From the human T2T-CHM13v2.0 reference genome, Homo sapiens: a stretch of 64,000 nucleotides of DNA. This document shows positions 13,603-30,247 of the stretch, piece after piece. A model generated the notes under the pieces. It was not told the DNA's origin. It did not search any database and saw only the letters and a list, made by a program, of their open reading frames with translations. The stretch lies in the NCBI RefSeq assembly GCF_009914755.1, contig NC_060947.1, one strand, 5' to 3'. Positions within the stretch are counted from its first letter, which is position 1. Each line of letters starts with the position of its first letter. Position numbers and translations under genes: made by a program.

Positions 13603-14839
13603 TGTAAGATACAGTAGAGGGGTCATCTAAGAAGCTGGAGTGGGAAAGGGGGATGGAGAAAAATGTCCTAAGGAGAGAGCCTCCCTGGAGCAGTGAGGCT
13701 CTGCCTGAAAGCAAGTTGTTCATGGTCACGGGTATCCTGAAGGCAGGATGAAGGCCTTGTCCAGCTGAGGAGAGACTGGGCTGAGGGCAGAGAAGCCCGA
13801 GAGTGAAGCCCAGTCGGTGCAGACTGCGGGCATTCTCAGCTGTACTGTGGTATGCAATGGTCATTGTGAGACCAGGACTGGCATGAGGCTGGCCTGCGCA
13901 GGAGGGCCTGGGACCAGTGTAGTCAACCAGACCAACAGGAGGAGCAGGACCTGGGCAATCCCTATCCCCAGGGCCGCTGGCCCAAAGAGACTCAGGCAGC
14001 CAGGATGCCTATGGCCGGCCCTCAGGGCTAGGTGGATCTGAGAGATCACAGTTCTGAGAGGCAGGGACCCAGGAAGCAGGAGAGAAGAGTGCAGGTGAGC
14101 TCATCCAGCACTCAGGGGAGCAGAGGAGAGTGCCCAGCCGGGGTGAGGAGGTGCTTTGGGGCCAAGTGCAATGGGTAAAAGTAACTGCTGTGGGTGTCCT
14201 GAGGAGGCTGAGAGAAGTGTCTCCCACTCAGCAGTGCAGAGCAATGCATGGCTGTGCAAGGGCAAGGAGAAAGGGAGAGCTGGACGCTATGGGTGGAGCA
14301 GCAGCAGCAGCGGCAGCAGCAGCAGTGGCGGTGGCGGCGGCAGCAGCGGAGGCAGGTAAGGCAGAAAGCCCTCGAAAGTGGACTTAGGTAATGCAGAGGG
14401 AGTCTGAGGAGCCCTGCAGCCAGCATACTGCTAGAGACATTACTACCAGCAGAAAACGACGTTCAGGTGAAGACCAGTGTGGAACCCAAGGAGAGGATGT
14501 CGAAGACCAGGACCAGGATTGAGACTTTGCCTCTAGCCACCCCTGGCCAGAAGATTTTTCCAATCCCTAGTAAGGAGGGATTAGTAGTTAAACAAAAATC
14601 AATCTGTGGTACACATCATATATTTAGTTCTATATAGGTCCAAGTTAATTGTTAAGTAAACGGCAGTGTTCACCCTACTGCTGCTTTCCTCCCTAGCCCC
14701 TTGAACAGATCCTTTTGTGGTTTCCAAAGTTCCAAGTTCAAGAACCCCATCAGGTGTTGTAAACGGAAATGGGTGAACCCACTGGCCACGAATTAGGATC
14801 CTGGAGCCCAGAAACTGAGCTGTCAGGTCCCAGGTCACA
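13603..14839 (+). mobile_element. Probable ancient solo LTR (resembles mammalian Gypsy-type LTRs)
   Basis: About 1.24-kb purine/GC-rich block starting TGTAAG and ending GGTCACA (TG...CA), with an internal GCA/GCG tract and AGTAAA near 14655. No clear TSD; family call from memory. Confidence 0.45.
14298..14352 (+). repeat. Interrupted (GCA)/(GCG) trinucleotide tract
   Basis: gcagcagcagcagcggcagcagcagcagtggcggtggcggcggcagcagcggagg read directly. Confidence 0.9.
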
Positions 14840-15864
14840 CAGACTCTGGCTATATAGGTTCTGTCCTTGCTTTAGGGATGGTTAGGGGACCAAGTCTCAT
14901 ACAGTGGCCCTTGAACAGGGATTCGCCCTGCCTAAGATAGCCAGGTAAGCCTCCTGATGAAACACAGCCTGCTTGAGGGAAGCTGGTCTACTATTTCAGC
15001 AGGTAGCATACTGGTTCTATTTCTAAGGGTTAAAGGAGATTTGGTACAGATCAGTCCTAGAAATGGCAGACCCAGGAGTCACATGGCACCCACAAGCCTC
15101 TCCTATAACCCACCTTGATGTCTACAACTCCCAAATCCTTCCTACTATACTTTGCCTCCCATATCTACTTGGTTTGTACTCAGAGATGAAAAAACAGCTT
15201 GTCAGCATTTTTGATGTAAAGCCTTCAGCTTTCTCTTTTTCAAGTTTAATAATTCCTACTGCAAGACATATCTAGAAACCATTTCATCATCTCTGTGTCT
15301 GGCTCTCTTTTGAGTCCTCTTCCAAGTCTTTATCTCTCTCCTAGTTTTTGCTCAGGGTCAGGCATTGTGCTCAGGTAAGGAAATGGCAGAGGCTGAGAGC
15401 CACCATGGGTTTCCATCCCTGCTGTCTCTGACATCTGGGCTCACTCATGCTTGCTTTCATAAAGCTAGTGCTGTGTTTCAGACCCAGGCCCCAGGATCAG
15501 TTTCTCACTGGAGATTAACATAATGTGCTGGTAGAGGCTCTGATGGTCCAGCGTGAGCTGTACCCAGAGAGGGAAGGTGGCTGTTGTGATAACAAAGTGC
15601 CAGAGCCTCATCCTGAGGTCAGATGATCGTAGGATTTCTGGCAGGCGTAGACACAATCAGGAACCTTACTGAGCTTCTGCATATAATAAACCTCTTAAGA
15701 GAATAATCTCTGCTTCTTAAATACATGGTGTGTGCACTGAGTCCAACGATTAGTCAGCTGGCATTCTAGACTGTGAACCCCCAACGCCTCCATTACTGAT
15801 ACTTTTCTGTGGTTTATGAAATTATTATGTGACCTGTGACTTTCTGATGGCATTTTTGATTTCA

Positions 15865-16284
<420 letters not shown>

Positions 16285-16509
16285 CTAAATTCTAGAAACC
16301 ATATTTATCTGTGTGCATCACACCATAGTAGCCAGTGAATTGTCTGGTTTGGTGAAACTTTCAGTGTTCAGGTGAGAGGTATTTTATCCCTTCATGAACC
16401 ACCACAGGAGGAAGACGTGAAATGACCCAAGATTAATATAACTCACTGTATGCCTTAATGCAGTTGGGTCTTGTGTAGAAGGAAAAAAGGAGAATAAAAA
16501 AATGGAAAA

Positions 16510-16685
16510 CTGCATATGGTTAAATTTAAATAAGCCAAAATTAAATAAAATTCAAATTTTAGTTTCTCAGTCTCACTAGTGGCATTTCAAGGATTCAATA
16601 ACCACGTATGGTTAGTGGCCACTGTACTGGACTGCACAGACATCAAGTACTGTCATTGTCACAGAAAGTTCTATTGAAAAGTGAT
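16510..16685. mobile_element. MER33/MER3-like hAT-Charlie DNA transposon relic
   Basis: catttcaaggattcaataaccacgtatggttagtggccactgtactggac...cagaaagttctattg resembles the MER3/MER33 end. Confidence 0.65.
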
Positions 16686-16798
16686 GTTCTATAACATCTT
16701 GCAAAAGGAGAATGTTAGGATACAGCAAAAGACACGTTACACTGAAAACACAATGACTGTGGCCAGACATACCCATAATTATTATGGAAGACCTAAAT

Positions 16799-17337
<539 letters not shown>

Positions 17338-17729
17338 ACCTAAGTGAGTGTAACTGAAGTATATGCCAATAAGCTCTAGTTCTGTGGATACTAATAGGAC
17401 CAGTATCCTGCAAAACACACTTTAGGAAATGTTTTTCTAGATGAGCCAGGAACACTGGTTTTAATATTCTCTCTCCCTACCCCCCTTTCTTTTCTCCCTT
17501 CCTTCCCTTTTTTTCCCTCTCTCTCTCAATTTCTTTGCTTCCTTCTTTCTTTGAGAAAGAACAAATTTATGCTACTCTCTTCTGTATACATGAGCCTAAA
17601 CTAATGGGGAATCCCCCTTTCCTGCTAGCCTGTTTGTTAGAACATAAAGTGCTCGTGGTCATCAAAATGTGGACATTTTAAGAGAAGCCCTTTCTCTAGG
17701 CACATCAAAAGCTGAAGAACCGGCGTTAC

Positions 17730-18028
17730 TATTTATTTATTTATTGAGACAGGGTCTCACTCTGTTGCCCAGGCTGGAGTGCAGTAGCAAGATCTCAGCT
17801 CACTGCAACTTCCAGCTCCCGGGTTCCAAGCGATTTTCATGCCTCAGCCACCCTAATAGCTGGGACTACAGGTGTGTGCCACCATGCCCGGCTAACTTTT
17901 GTATTTTTAGTAGAGATGGGGTTTCACCACATTGGCCAGGCTGGTCTCAAACTCCTGGTCTCATGTGATCCACCCATCTCGGCCTCCCAAAGTGCTGGGA
18001 TTATAGGTGTGAGCCACCGCGCCCAGCC
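17730..18028 (-). mobile_element. Alu
   Basis: Full dimeric Alu with (TTTA)n tail. Confidence 0.95.
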
Positions 18029-18576
18029 AAGAACTTACATAACATATTGATGTTGTACTATCTTCAGTCATCTCAGTAGTTAGATATATGTTATATACAC
18101 ATACAGGGTCAAATATTTCAAAGACTAGTCATGATTGACATCATCAAAGGTAAGTTTTAAAACCAAACTAGTTAACTGGCCATTTAATAACATGGAAGTT
18201 CAGTTGTTACGTGGTTAAGAAGAAGCTAAATGTTAGCTAAGCTTGCTGTACTCATGATCTAGACATAAGGAGAATTAAAAGAACACTTCAAAGTGTTTTA
18301 CTAGAAAACCCCAGTAGTGCCAAATGAGACACTATTGGATACATTTCTTTTCTTGTGTAAATCAGACAAGGTTTTGGGATGAAGGTTTTCTCATGAAGCC
18401 TCCTGGCTCTCTGAGGTGTACAGATAACTGTAAGTGGTATTGACATTGCTTCAGGAAGGCATGTGAAGGCCCTATAGAATGGAGCCAATCTTCACATTTT
18501 CTCCTGTTGCTCTTAAAAAATAATTTTCCTTTAGCTCTTCCAACCCTGAGCTGCTAGAAAGCTTCTGGGGTTAAAA

Positions 18577-18875
18577 TTTTATTTATTTTTTTTTGAGACG
18601 GAGTTTCACTCTTGTTGCCCAGGCTGGAGTGCAATGGCACGATCTCGGCTCACCACAACCTCCACCTCCGGATTCAACTGATTCTCCTGCTTCAGCCTGC
18701 TGAGTAGCTGGGATTACAGGCATGCACCACTATGCCTAGCTAATTTTGTATTTTTAGTAGAGACGGGGTTTCTCCATGTTGGTCAGGCTGGTCTCAAACT
18801 CCCGACCTCAGGTGATTCGCCCACCTCAGCCTCCCAAAGTGCTGGAATTACAGGCATGAGCCACCGCGCCTGGCC
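18577..18875 (-). mobile_element. Alu (Sq/Sp-like)
   Basis: gagtttcactcttgttgccc diagnostic; TSD taaaatttta. Confidence 0.95.
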
Positions 18876-19307
18876 TAAAATTTTAAACTTTAGAATAATG
18901 ATGATAATAATGAAATGATAGTGGTAGATAGCTTCTACTTATCCACCATCTGCTAAGTGCTTCATACACATGATCTCAAATCCTCTCTGCAATCCTGAAT
19001 TACTTCATTTTACAATTGAGAAAATGAAGAGGGCAAGAGGTTAAGAATAAGATACGGAAAATAAGGAGAATTAAAAATCTTACAGATTTGAAAATCTTTA
19101 CAGAAACAACTGTTAGCATATTGATTGGGTTTAAAAAGTGGTAAGAAATCAACAATTTAAATATTAACTAAGGGAAAAAAATTGTCATATCAGAAACTGT
19201 ACAACTATGAAAACTTATTTTTCTGAAGAATAATTCATCTAGGTAATGTGTATGACATATTGTTAGAAAAATTGTTACAAACAGAATGGATAAAACTAAT
19301 TTTATTT

Positions 19308-19310
<3 letters not shown>

Positions 19311-19354
<44 letters not shown>
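19311..19354. repeat. (AC)22 microsatellite
   Basis: Pure AC run read directly. Confidence 0.97.
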
Positions 19355-19356
<2 letters not shown>

Positions 19357-19521
19357 TATACACATATCTGTACTAAGACAAGCCTAGAAGGGTATACAAC
19401 AGAGAAGCCTAGAAGGGTATACAACAAAATATTTATAGCACTTATTATAGGGAAAGAGGGGTTGGGATTACTGTTAACTCATTTTCCTCCTTGTTCTTTT
19501 TTTGATTTTACAAATTTCCTA

Positions 19522-19731
<210 letters not shown>

Positions 19732-19750
19732 TTAAAACTGACAACTCTTA

Positions 19751-19936
<186 letters not shown>

Positions 19937-20996
19937 CTATTTCATGTACATAAATTATAATTTTACTGGCAAAACTACAGTTATATTAAAACCATGTCTT
20001 AAAAATATGAATCCAACTTATGATATATGGCTTACATGTAATTTAAGTCATATAGCATCTAGGGAGAAATTTTCATTTTTAAGCCCATGAAAATGCTCTT
20101 TAGAACCAGGGGCATCCAAAGATGCTGAACACATGCATTAAAATGTCCAAATCTAAAAGATACTACATATCTTTTCATGTAGTATCCAACAAATCATATG
20201 AATTAATTTGAAACCACATGCTGTTCATATTTTTCCAATTCTAAGAAGTCAGCAATACTAAAAAGAAAAAGTCTACAGACAGTGACCAACATGAATATAG
20301 CATGAATGCAACTAAAGTTAACCAGGAGAGGGGCCAGCTAGATCATTTCTAGAGATGGATGAGAAATGCATGGACAGCTGGTCTTTAACTTCATGGTTCT
20401 TTCTTTCAACAGAGTTGATGAAGGTGGCATGCTAGATTCTAAGGCAAGTTCTGTAACTATTGCACAAGCTTATCAATGAGCATCTCACAAGCTTTACTGT
20501 AACCCAGATATCCACTCAATGGAAAGTCTTGAATATGTAAGGAGAGTTACATGCTTTCCTGGGCCTGAAAACTTGTCGCCCATTACATGGGCAGCCTGTG
20601 TATGGTGGATCAGGATGGAAAGAATCATGAAGCAGAGTCTGAGCTCAGAAACCTTTGCAAAAGTGGAGTTCTCTAATCACTACAGACTGAGGAGAAATAC
20701 TTTAACAAATATTTTTCTGAAACCTGCCTCTTAACACTATGATAAAAGCAATTTCAAGCAATGTACAAAACTTTCCTGAGCAGATGCCCATTCCTGTTGA
20801 AATTCAACATGGTCCAATTCTCACACACATTTGGAAATTCTCACAAAGGGCTAAAATTGTATGTCTGTGTTTCCTGTAATATTTTTTGTATGGTCATACC
20901 CAAATGCTGTCAGTTACATACTGACATTTCTTTTTTTAAAGAATATTGAATAAACCCTGGATTTTAGAGGGGTTAAAATAAATTCAGTAAAATTGA

Positions 20997-21327
<331 letters not shown>

Positions 21328-22736
21328 GAAATCTGCGTTACTTTAGCCAATCATTTATTAAGAGAACCTTCTACTCCTAGAAACACTATGGCCAAATGAC
21401 TGTGAATATCACCTTAGTTCTTAACATTAGTGATTTGCCCAATCACTTAAAATGCAAAATAAGATACTTGGGAATAGAATAGAACAGAAACAAACAAACA
21501 AAAAGCACCATTATCACAATATATAAAAAAAGAAACACGATATATTAAAATAGAGGTTAGTGTATATTAATGGGTTTTTGCACATTTGTTTTCTTTTGAT
21601 AACTTGATTTATAAAGGTTGATTGAAAGTCTTTAAAGCATATCCTCTAGCAATAGCTAAAAACCAAGAAATGTTTTCTGTGTTCAGAATGGCAGACTCAC
21701 AAAATTAAAATGAACATGAGGCTCTCTGTGGTAGGGCTAGTTAGTTATACTGCAGTAGTAATGGAGTGATGAGAGTTGCAAAAATAAAAGCAGGAGTGCT
21801 GATGGCATTATTTTTTAGACCTATTGCCCTCTGAGTGATATTTCCATCAAGAAAAAGTATGCTTACAGAAGAAGTGCATTGACAAGCAGATATGTTTTAA
21901 TATATTTTAATAAAAATAAGCAAGCATCTCACAAAAGAGCAAGATGATGATGATGACACAAGCTTTCCGAATGGTATATACACACACCTATCCCTCTATA
22001 GAGCCCTAACTGTGATCCTACCAAATTAAGACTTGTCATTTTTTTAAAAAACACATAAGAATGAGTTAGATGTCAACCATCAAAACCACAAACAGACATG
22101 TTATGAAAATGAAATGAAACAGATATGTTAAACATCAATATCTTAACCATAAATGAGCAGCATGAAGAGGTTACTCTGGTCTAAATGAAATTGCCACACG
22201 GTCATAGGGTTGAGAAACAATAAAAAAAGGGTATTTTAAAATAAGAGATACAAATAATATTAGGAAAGCACTTAAAGAATGAGCTTTTAAAGGTTTTAAG
22301 TTGCTTGCTGATTAAAAAAAGGACTTAATAAAAGAAAACCACCAAAAACACAGAGGCATAGTCATTCAACAGGTTACTTACATGCACAGAGGCCATTGGG
22401 AGTGAGACAGCATGAAAAATGTACAGGGGTCATTGAAATATGGCTTTTCATATATTAGTAAAATAAAAGTATAATATGTATAAAATAAACTTTATCATGC
22501 AATATTCTAAACACAAGGCAAATAAATCACATTAAGAAACAAACTCATTTTAATAGAAATTCGACAATATCCTTATATAAAAGCCAGCGGATTTTATATA
22601 CTAGCATATGCATAGACATTTTATCGAGAATAGTTACAAGAAAACCTCTTCAGAGAGTGTAGACGTGGAAGCCTTTTGCTTTTCACTTTGTACCTTCCTG
22701 TACCATGTGTAATTTCTAACCATGTGTGCCTATTAC

Positions 22737-22779
<43 letters not shown>

Positions 22780-23065
22780 GAGACAGGGTCTCGCTCCTTC
22801 ACCCAGGCTGGAGTGCAGTGGTGGGATCTTGGCTCACTGCAGCCTCCGCGGACCTCCCGGGTTCAAGTGATTCTCCTGCCTCAGCCTCCCAAGTAGCTGG
22901 GATTACAGGCGTGTGCCACCACACCCAGCTAATTTTTGTATTTTTAGTAGAGATGGGGTTTTGCCATGTTGGCCAGGCTGGTCTCGAACTCCTGGCCTCA
23001 AGTGATCTGCCCACCTCGGCCTCCCAAGGTGCTGGGATTACAGGCATGAGCCGCTGCGCACAGCC
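22737..23065 (-). mobile_element. Alu with (ATT)13 microsatellite tail
   Basis: Dimeric Alu; att repeat at 22741-22779 explains the poly-Leu ORF. Confidence 0.95.
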
Positions 23066-23764
23066 TATTATTATTTTTAATGCCAACAGGGCAGTGAGTT
23101 TATGGGCTACTTTTTGTTTCCTTTAGAGTTGCTTGTATTCCAGAAAAAAAAGAATAGCTTTTAAAGTCAATAGTACTAATTTGTGGTATTAAGCATAATT
23201 TAAGCACACCTATGAATGGTACTGTAGAAATCCCCTATGTTCAAATATGTGTATGTAAATAGAGTATTTCGGGGCTCTAACATTTAAGAAACCAAATTAA
23301 TGAAGACTTCCTACATTTTTAAAAAGTTTACACTAGTAACTTGATCTAAAATGACTTTTGGAAGTCCTGGGGGCTGAGGAATCTCAATGCCTCTAGAGTT
23401 CAGTTGTTCCAGCCACACCACAATGCTTTTTGTACCAAGTATACATGGCTAGAAACCTTCTGTATGTTACAGAAAATGTATTTGCTGTAAAAGCTACACA
23501 CACCATAATCAAATCTATTCCCAAGGATTCAGAAATACTGTCTAGCATAGTTTGCTCATATTACCCTGATTTTCTGCTAAACTACTCAACATTCCAGACA
23601 CTTCTTTTAAGTATTTATGTAACTACTTTCCAGGTTGAATTTTTTCCATAAAAAAGCCATTAACATTGAATCCTTGTCTCAGCTGGAAACACTATCAAGA
23701 TCTTCAAATACTATAAAGACCTCCAATTCAAAAGAGCATTGCACACTGGTAGCATTGGGTTAAG

Positions 23765-24100
23765 GAGTACATACTTGAATGCCCGCAGGGGTCAGGTAGC
23801 TAATGTGGTTGAATGAAGTGGGCCAGGTGCAAAAACAGGGAGTGGTGCGGACAGTGTGTGCTGGAGAATGAGCGTCCATTCAAAGGCCATATTAACCACC
23901 CAGAGTTACTAAAAGAGAAAGTGGACCTGGTATTGCTGCATTCCTTGTTCTTCTAAGGGAACTCTGAAACCCAAATTTTTATGTTAAATATCCTGACTTT
24001 CACACGTGATGACTTATTAAAACTTAAACACTGTGTGTGTGGGAGTTAGAGGGACAAAATTTACTTATGGGTCAAATTCAGCGAATAGGCTGTCACTTTA
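23765..24100. mobile_element. MER102-like hAT relic
   Basis: acttgaatgcccgcaggggtcaggtagctaatg...gaagtgggccagg resembles the MER102 terminus. Confidence 0.5.
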
Positions 24101-26145
24101 TGATGGGAGTTGTAGGTAACACAGTTTGAACAGAATTCCACTTTAACAAGCTATGTAGAATTTCCTAACGACAAAAATGGAAATAATTCTAGTATTATCA
24201 TTCCCACCAGTTCTAGATAATGACAAAATTCCCAACCTTCATTTGTACCACAAATACAAATAATGTCAGAACTTGATAAGGTTTGGATCTTGCCATCAAT
24301 ATATGATGAATTCTCAAAGATTTGAAGCAGGAAACAAAACATACAGCCCTTATTTTAATTTACTGAGTAGTAACAGAAGAACAGAGTACTGTATTTTACC
24401 ATCAACTTCTAAAAAAGCCAGAAAAATCCTTTTGAGATATTGTTTGATCTGTGGCCCATGAGCCCATCTGGTTTGGTATGAAAGGCTATGATATTTCTAA
24501 GTTCTCAAAGCAACTGCCTCACCAATGGAAGTCAAGAGTATTTGTTTCTCACTCTTTTAGAGCAATTCTTTATAAGGACACTTCTGTATATTGGGATGAC
24601 CTTTCATCGTAGCTAAAAGCAGAACAGCTGATTAAATACTTGACCCTATGATCTCTTGTAAAGCAAAGGTAATACTAAGCAAATGGTTCTTCTGGACTTT
24701 CTAATGAACAAAATGGAAGAGTTGGTTGATGACACAGAAGAAACCTGAAGAGATGGTGACAGAAAGGAATGCTAGGCTTTGCAGGCAGTGTATTTCAGAA
24801 AGTCAAGGAAAAAAGCTGGGAATCTTCTCCCAAAAAGAGAAACTAAAAAGAGAGCTCACAGTGATTATTTTGCAGGTGAGGGAAGCCTAACAATGATATC
24901 CTGACTAGAGAATCACAAATAGGCCTAAACACAAAGTTCTACAAAGACACTTAAGGGGCTCTGCAAGGACCATCTAAGAAGCTCAGACTTTCTTTCAAAG
25001 GAGGGCCTTATACACAGTGACACACACTGACATGTAGAACAACCCCTTAAGCATGGCAAGGAAGGTTCTGATGCCCAGACGGCCGCTGGTTAGGAAAATA
25101 CTGATGATACCAAACAGGTGGTGGCAGTAGGCTCCCCTGTCCTCTCAACCCCTCCTTTCTTCATTCTAAGTTGACAAGAACTTAAGAGAGGTCAATGGTT
25201 TGGGATAGGAGGTAAATGTCAAAAGACAGAGGAAAAAGCAATTCTGTTCTACCCCTATTAGGCTCCTGCCTTCTATGTCAAGGGTGATAGCTTTCAACCT
25301 GGATAGGCAATGTCTACCAGAGAGCAAGAGCCTGAGATAGACAGTACAAGAATACTTGGCTTCATTGAATGATCGCCATTTGTCAGGCCCAGTGATGAAA
25401 GAACCTGAGACCCACTGATCTTTAGAATTAGAAAAGATCTCCTTGATTGACTAACCTAATTCCCTCATTTCAAGGCCCGTAGGAGCGAAGTGATTTGCCC
25501 AAATTGCACGGTTACTCAGGTGTGCTAATTCCTGGTCCTATCTCCAGCTGCCTATTAAGCTTACAGGTGTGTTTGCAGGACCACTGTGCACCATCTAACG
25601 GGAATCAGAGAATGGGAGCAATGGAAGAAGATCAGTGATACCCTGGTGGTGAAAGAGTGGAAAAAGTGAAAACACTGGCTGCCAGATCGGATGCTGATTC
25701 TCTGGCAAAATTCTTAAATTAATGATTAAATTGACTCTTTGACAGCATTTAGAGAATTCTAGTTTTTCAATGAATTTCTTACTTTCCTCAGAGCTGAATT
25801 AAAGAATACTGGCAAACTGAATACTCATGTTTACATGACCTCTATTAGTACAGCATAAATCTAATGATAAACTGACAGCCTGAACCAGCCATTTCTTTGC
25901 TTTTCTAGGTGTAAGTTAATTTCAATCCCATCTATATCTATGTATCATTTAACACTGCTGTACAAATTACAAGGTGAGATGCATACATTTCTCAATTTAT
26001 ATGTCAACACATCTCCTTGTGAGCCTATTAGATTGTGTTAGACTGTTAGAAGCTGACAGAAGTAAGGGCAACTAAGGAGACTTGGTAATAACCACTGACG
26101 TTTTGTGTGAAGCAACATTCTGCTGATACTGCTGTGCATTTCTAT

Positions 26146-26279
26146 TTAGTTTATTTTTATTTTGTATAGACAGGGTATTGCTGTTGCCCAGGCTGGCCTC
26201 GAACTCCTGGGCTCAAGCAATCTTCCTGCCTCAGCCTCCTAAGTAGCTGGGATTACAGGCACCACCACCGTGCCTGGCT
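26146..26279 (-). mobile_element. Monomeric Alu (FLAM-like)
   Basis: Single Alu arm of about 130 bp. Confidence 0.85.
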
Positions 26280-27587
26280 CTGCAGTGCATTTCTTCAAAT
26301 AGTATACTTGAGCATTTGCTTAACAGTTGCTACATTTTGTGTAACTAGTCTGCTTTATTTCTTCCCTTCATAAAACCAAAAAAGCCATTATGAAACTACT
26401 GCTCTGTAGTAGTACATAACCAGAAATTACACTGTTTTTGGAAATAAAAATGTGGTACAATGTAACTAATGCGAAGGGAATGATTCCTTATTTAACTGAG
26501 CCATTTAAACTTAACCCATGTGGCCACTCACATTCATTCCACATTATACAGCAGTTTGAAATGTTTACTTTTAATCTCTGATTGAGAAATGAACAATTCA
26601 GAGTACGTTATAACATTTACAGAGAAAAATGCATTTCATACTTGTCAGAAACATTATGCCATCAATCTGGGTATGCATGACTAGATTCACTTGATTTTTT
26701 GGGCCACATTTCTAATTTTTGGAGTTATTTCTGAAACCTTGGGAACTAACCTAATGCCAGTCAGGACTTTCAATTCCTCAGAAAAAGTTCCTTATAAAAG
26801 GAGTTGTATTAAGAAGTTATTGAAAATAACTTCTTGTATTAGCACTCCTGTGTATCACCATGCATTTTCTTTAGCTTAAGTTGCACCCTGTGAATCTTCT
26901 GGGGATTCTATTGCAACAACAGATCATGCCTTTTTGGTATTAATTCCAGTTTTCAACAAGACAAGTGAACATTTTGACTTAAGTTGAATACAAACTTCCA
27001 TATGGGCAAACATACATACTATAAAGGGAAGGCCAAGATAAGATTCTTGCTCTTGTGGTAGCTTGGAAATACCATGAGGGAAGAAGACGACTCACAGAAA
27101 TGGACAAAACCAAGTTAGTGTCCATGTCATTTGTACTCTCTCAAACCAACCACAGAACCATTTGTGGCACAGTTCTCTGATAAGAGCACACCTCTACCCT
27201 CAGATGTTTATCTCAGGGCCACGCCCAAGGGCCAGGCAGGAGCCAGGCGGGAGGAGATCTGTTCAAGACCAATCCCAGCCAAGGATAGATAAGAATCCTG
27301 GCTACTCAGCAAACTCTCAAGCTTTCATTTCTCAGGGGAGGACTTAACGTGTTGGATTCTTTTCATTCCAGAGGATACTATTTCAAAATAACATTTTTGT
27401 CCTATAAAGTATAGCTCTGTAAAATATCTAGCAAATAATCAACATATTAATTGGAGGTAGGGGTTTCTTAAAGGTTTTGAAAGTTGATGAAGATCTCATA
27501 TGGTAGAATTTTTTGGATAGAGAACACTGAAGACTGAATTAAAATATTACATCTTTTTAGGTCTTGGAGATGCTTAACCCAGCCTCA

Positions 27588-27809
<222 letters not shown>

Positions 27810-27989
27810 TTATATAAAACAGCATAACCATACTCATCCTAATCTTTTAAAAAATTTGGACAAAGGCTATTCTTTGGTTTTCATGACAATTTCCTAGAAA
27901 TGTTTTTAAAATATAGGCTTATATTAAAATGGCATGGTATTCCTTGAACATATACTGACAACTCAGATTAGATGCCTAAACATGTGGCC

Positions 27990-28270
27990 ATGAGATACAG
28001 TAGAATGTTTCAACACAGGCCTGGTTTGAATTCTGGCTTTGTCACTTGTTAGCTGGTACTGAGCACTTAATGTTAGACACTTTCCTAGGAACTTTACATG
28101 TATTAACTCCTTTAATCTTTCTAACAACACAGGGAATTGCATCACCATTTTACAGATGAGGGGATTGAAAGAATGAAAGGTTAAGCAATTTGCCCCAAAT
28201 CACACAGCTAATAAGTGAAAGAGTGGGGAAGGTCTGGCACCAGAGCTCATGATCTTAGCCAGAATATTCT
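27990..28270. mobile_element. MIR SINE relics
   Basis: ccattttacagatgaggg...aggttaagcaatttgccccaaatcacacagctaataagt MIR core. Confidence 0.75.
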
Positions 28271-29204
28271 ATCCGCAGTGTCTTTAAACTTTTGGAGCCT
28301 TTTGGATGGCTATTGTAAAGGTTTAGAACAAAAAATGTAAATAATGTCCCTAGTACAGTACCAGGCACACAGTATATGCTTAACAAATGGCACTACTGCT
28401 ACATGGAGATTCTAAGATAAGATATAAAAAGTGTGCTCTGATTAAATTCACAGTTATAACCACAATCAGGAAATTATAATTTTGATCTATAATATCCAGC
28501 ATTGGTAACATAAAGATGATATTAAAAAGTTGCTCTTTCAGGTTCAGTCTAAACAAATACTTGCCTTTCAGAATATTGCCACAGAAGACTTTGCTCTCCT
28601 AATGATTTTGCTCATGGGGGCCAACCAAGGGTCCCCAAGTGAGTCACATATAAGAGTCCAAAATCACGATCAGAATGCCATATGGTGCTATTGTAAATGG
28701 CAGGTTGCTTTACAATGACATTGTACTGATTTACACTCCTACCAGCAGTGTATGAACATTCCTATTGTTCCATTTCCTTGGCAACACTTGGTATTATCTG
28801 TCTTTAACTTTAGCCATCATGGTGGATGAATAATGGAATACCACTGTGTTTTTAATTTACATTTTAGTTTACGTTTCACTCATTAGTAAGACTGATCATT
28901 TTTTCATATGTTTAATGGCTACTGAATTTCCTCTTTCGTTAAGTGTCTGTTCAAGTCTTTTGACCGTTCCTCTGTTCAGTTGTCTTTTTCTCATAGATTT
29001 GTAGAAATTCTTTATATAGTCTAGATATTATGCTTTTGTTAGTTATTAATATACGTGTTGCAGATATCTTCTTCTACTCTGTGGTTTGCCTTTTTGCTCT
29101 CTTTATGGTATCAATTGATGAACACAACTTATTAGTTTTAATTTAGTCAAATTTATCAGTCTTTTCTTTAATGGGAAGTATTTTTGATATCTTAAGAAAT
29201 CCTC

Positions 29205-30247
<1,043 letters not shown>

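Noticed and set aside
14112-14426. Poly-Ala, poly-Cys and poly-Ser/Gly ORFs as a protein-coding gene
   Set aside because: Frames stay open because of the GCN repeat; no homology recognised. Kept only as part of the antisense-RNA hypothesis.
22375-22445. Minus-strand donor CAT|GTAAGT overlapping TGCATG after a pyrimidine-rich stretch (possible cryptic exon or recursive site)
   Set aside because: No AG next to the donor (CAT, not CAG), and the nearest upstream AG lacks a pyrimidine tract.
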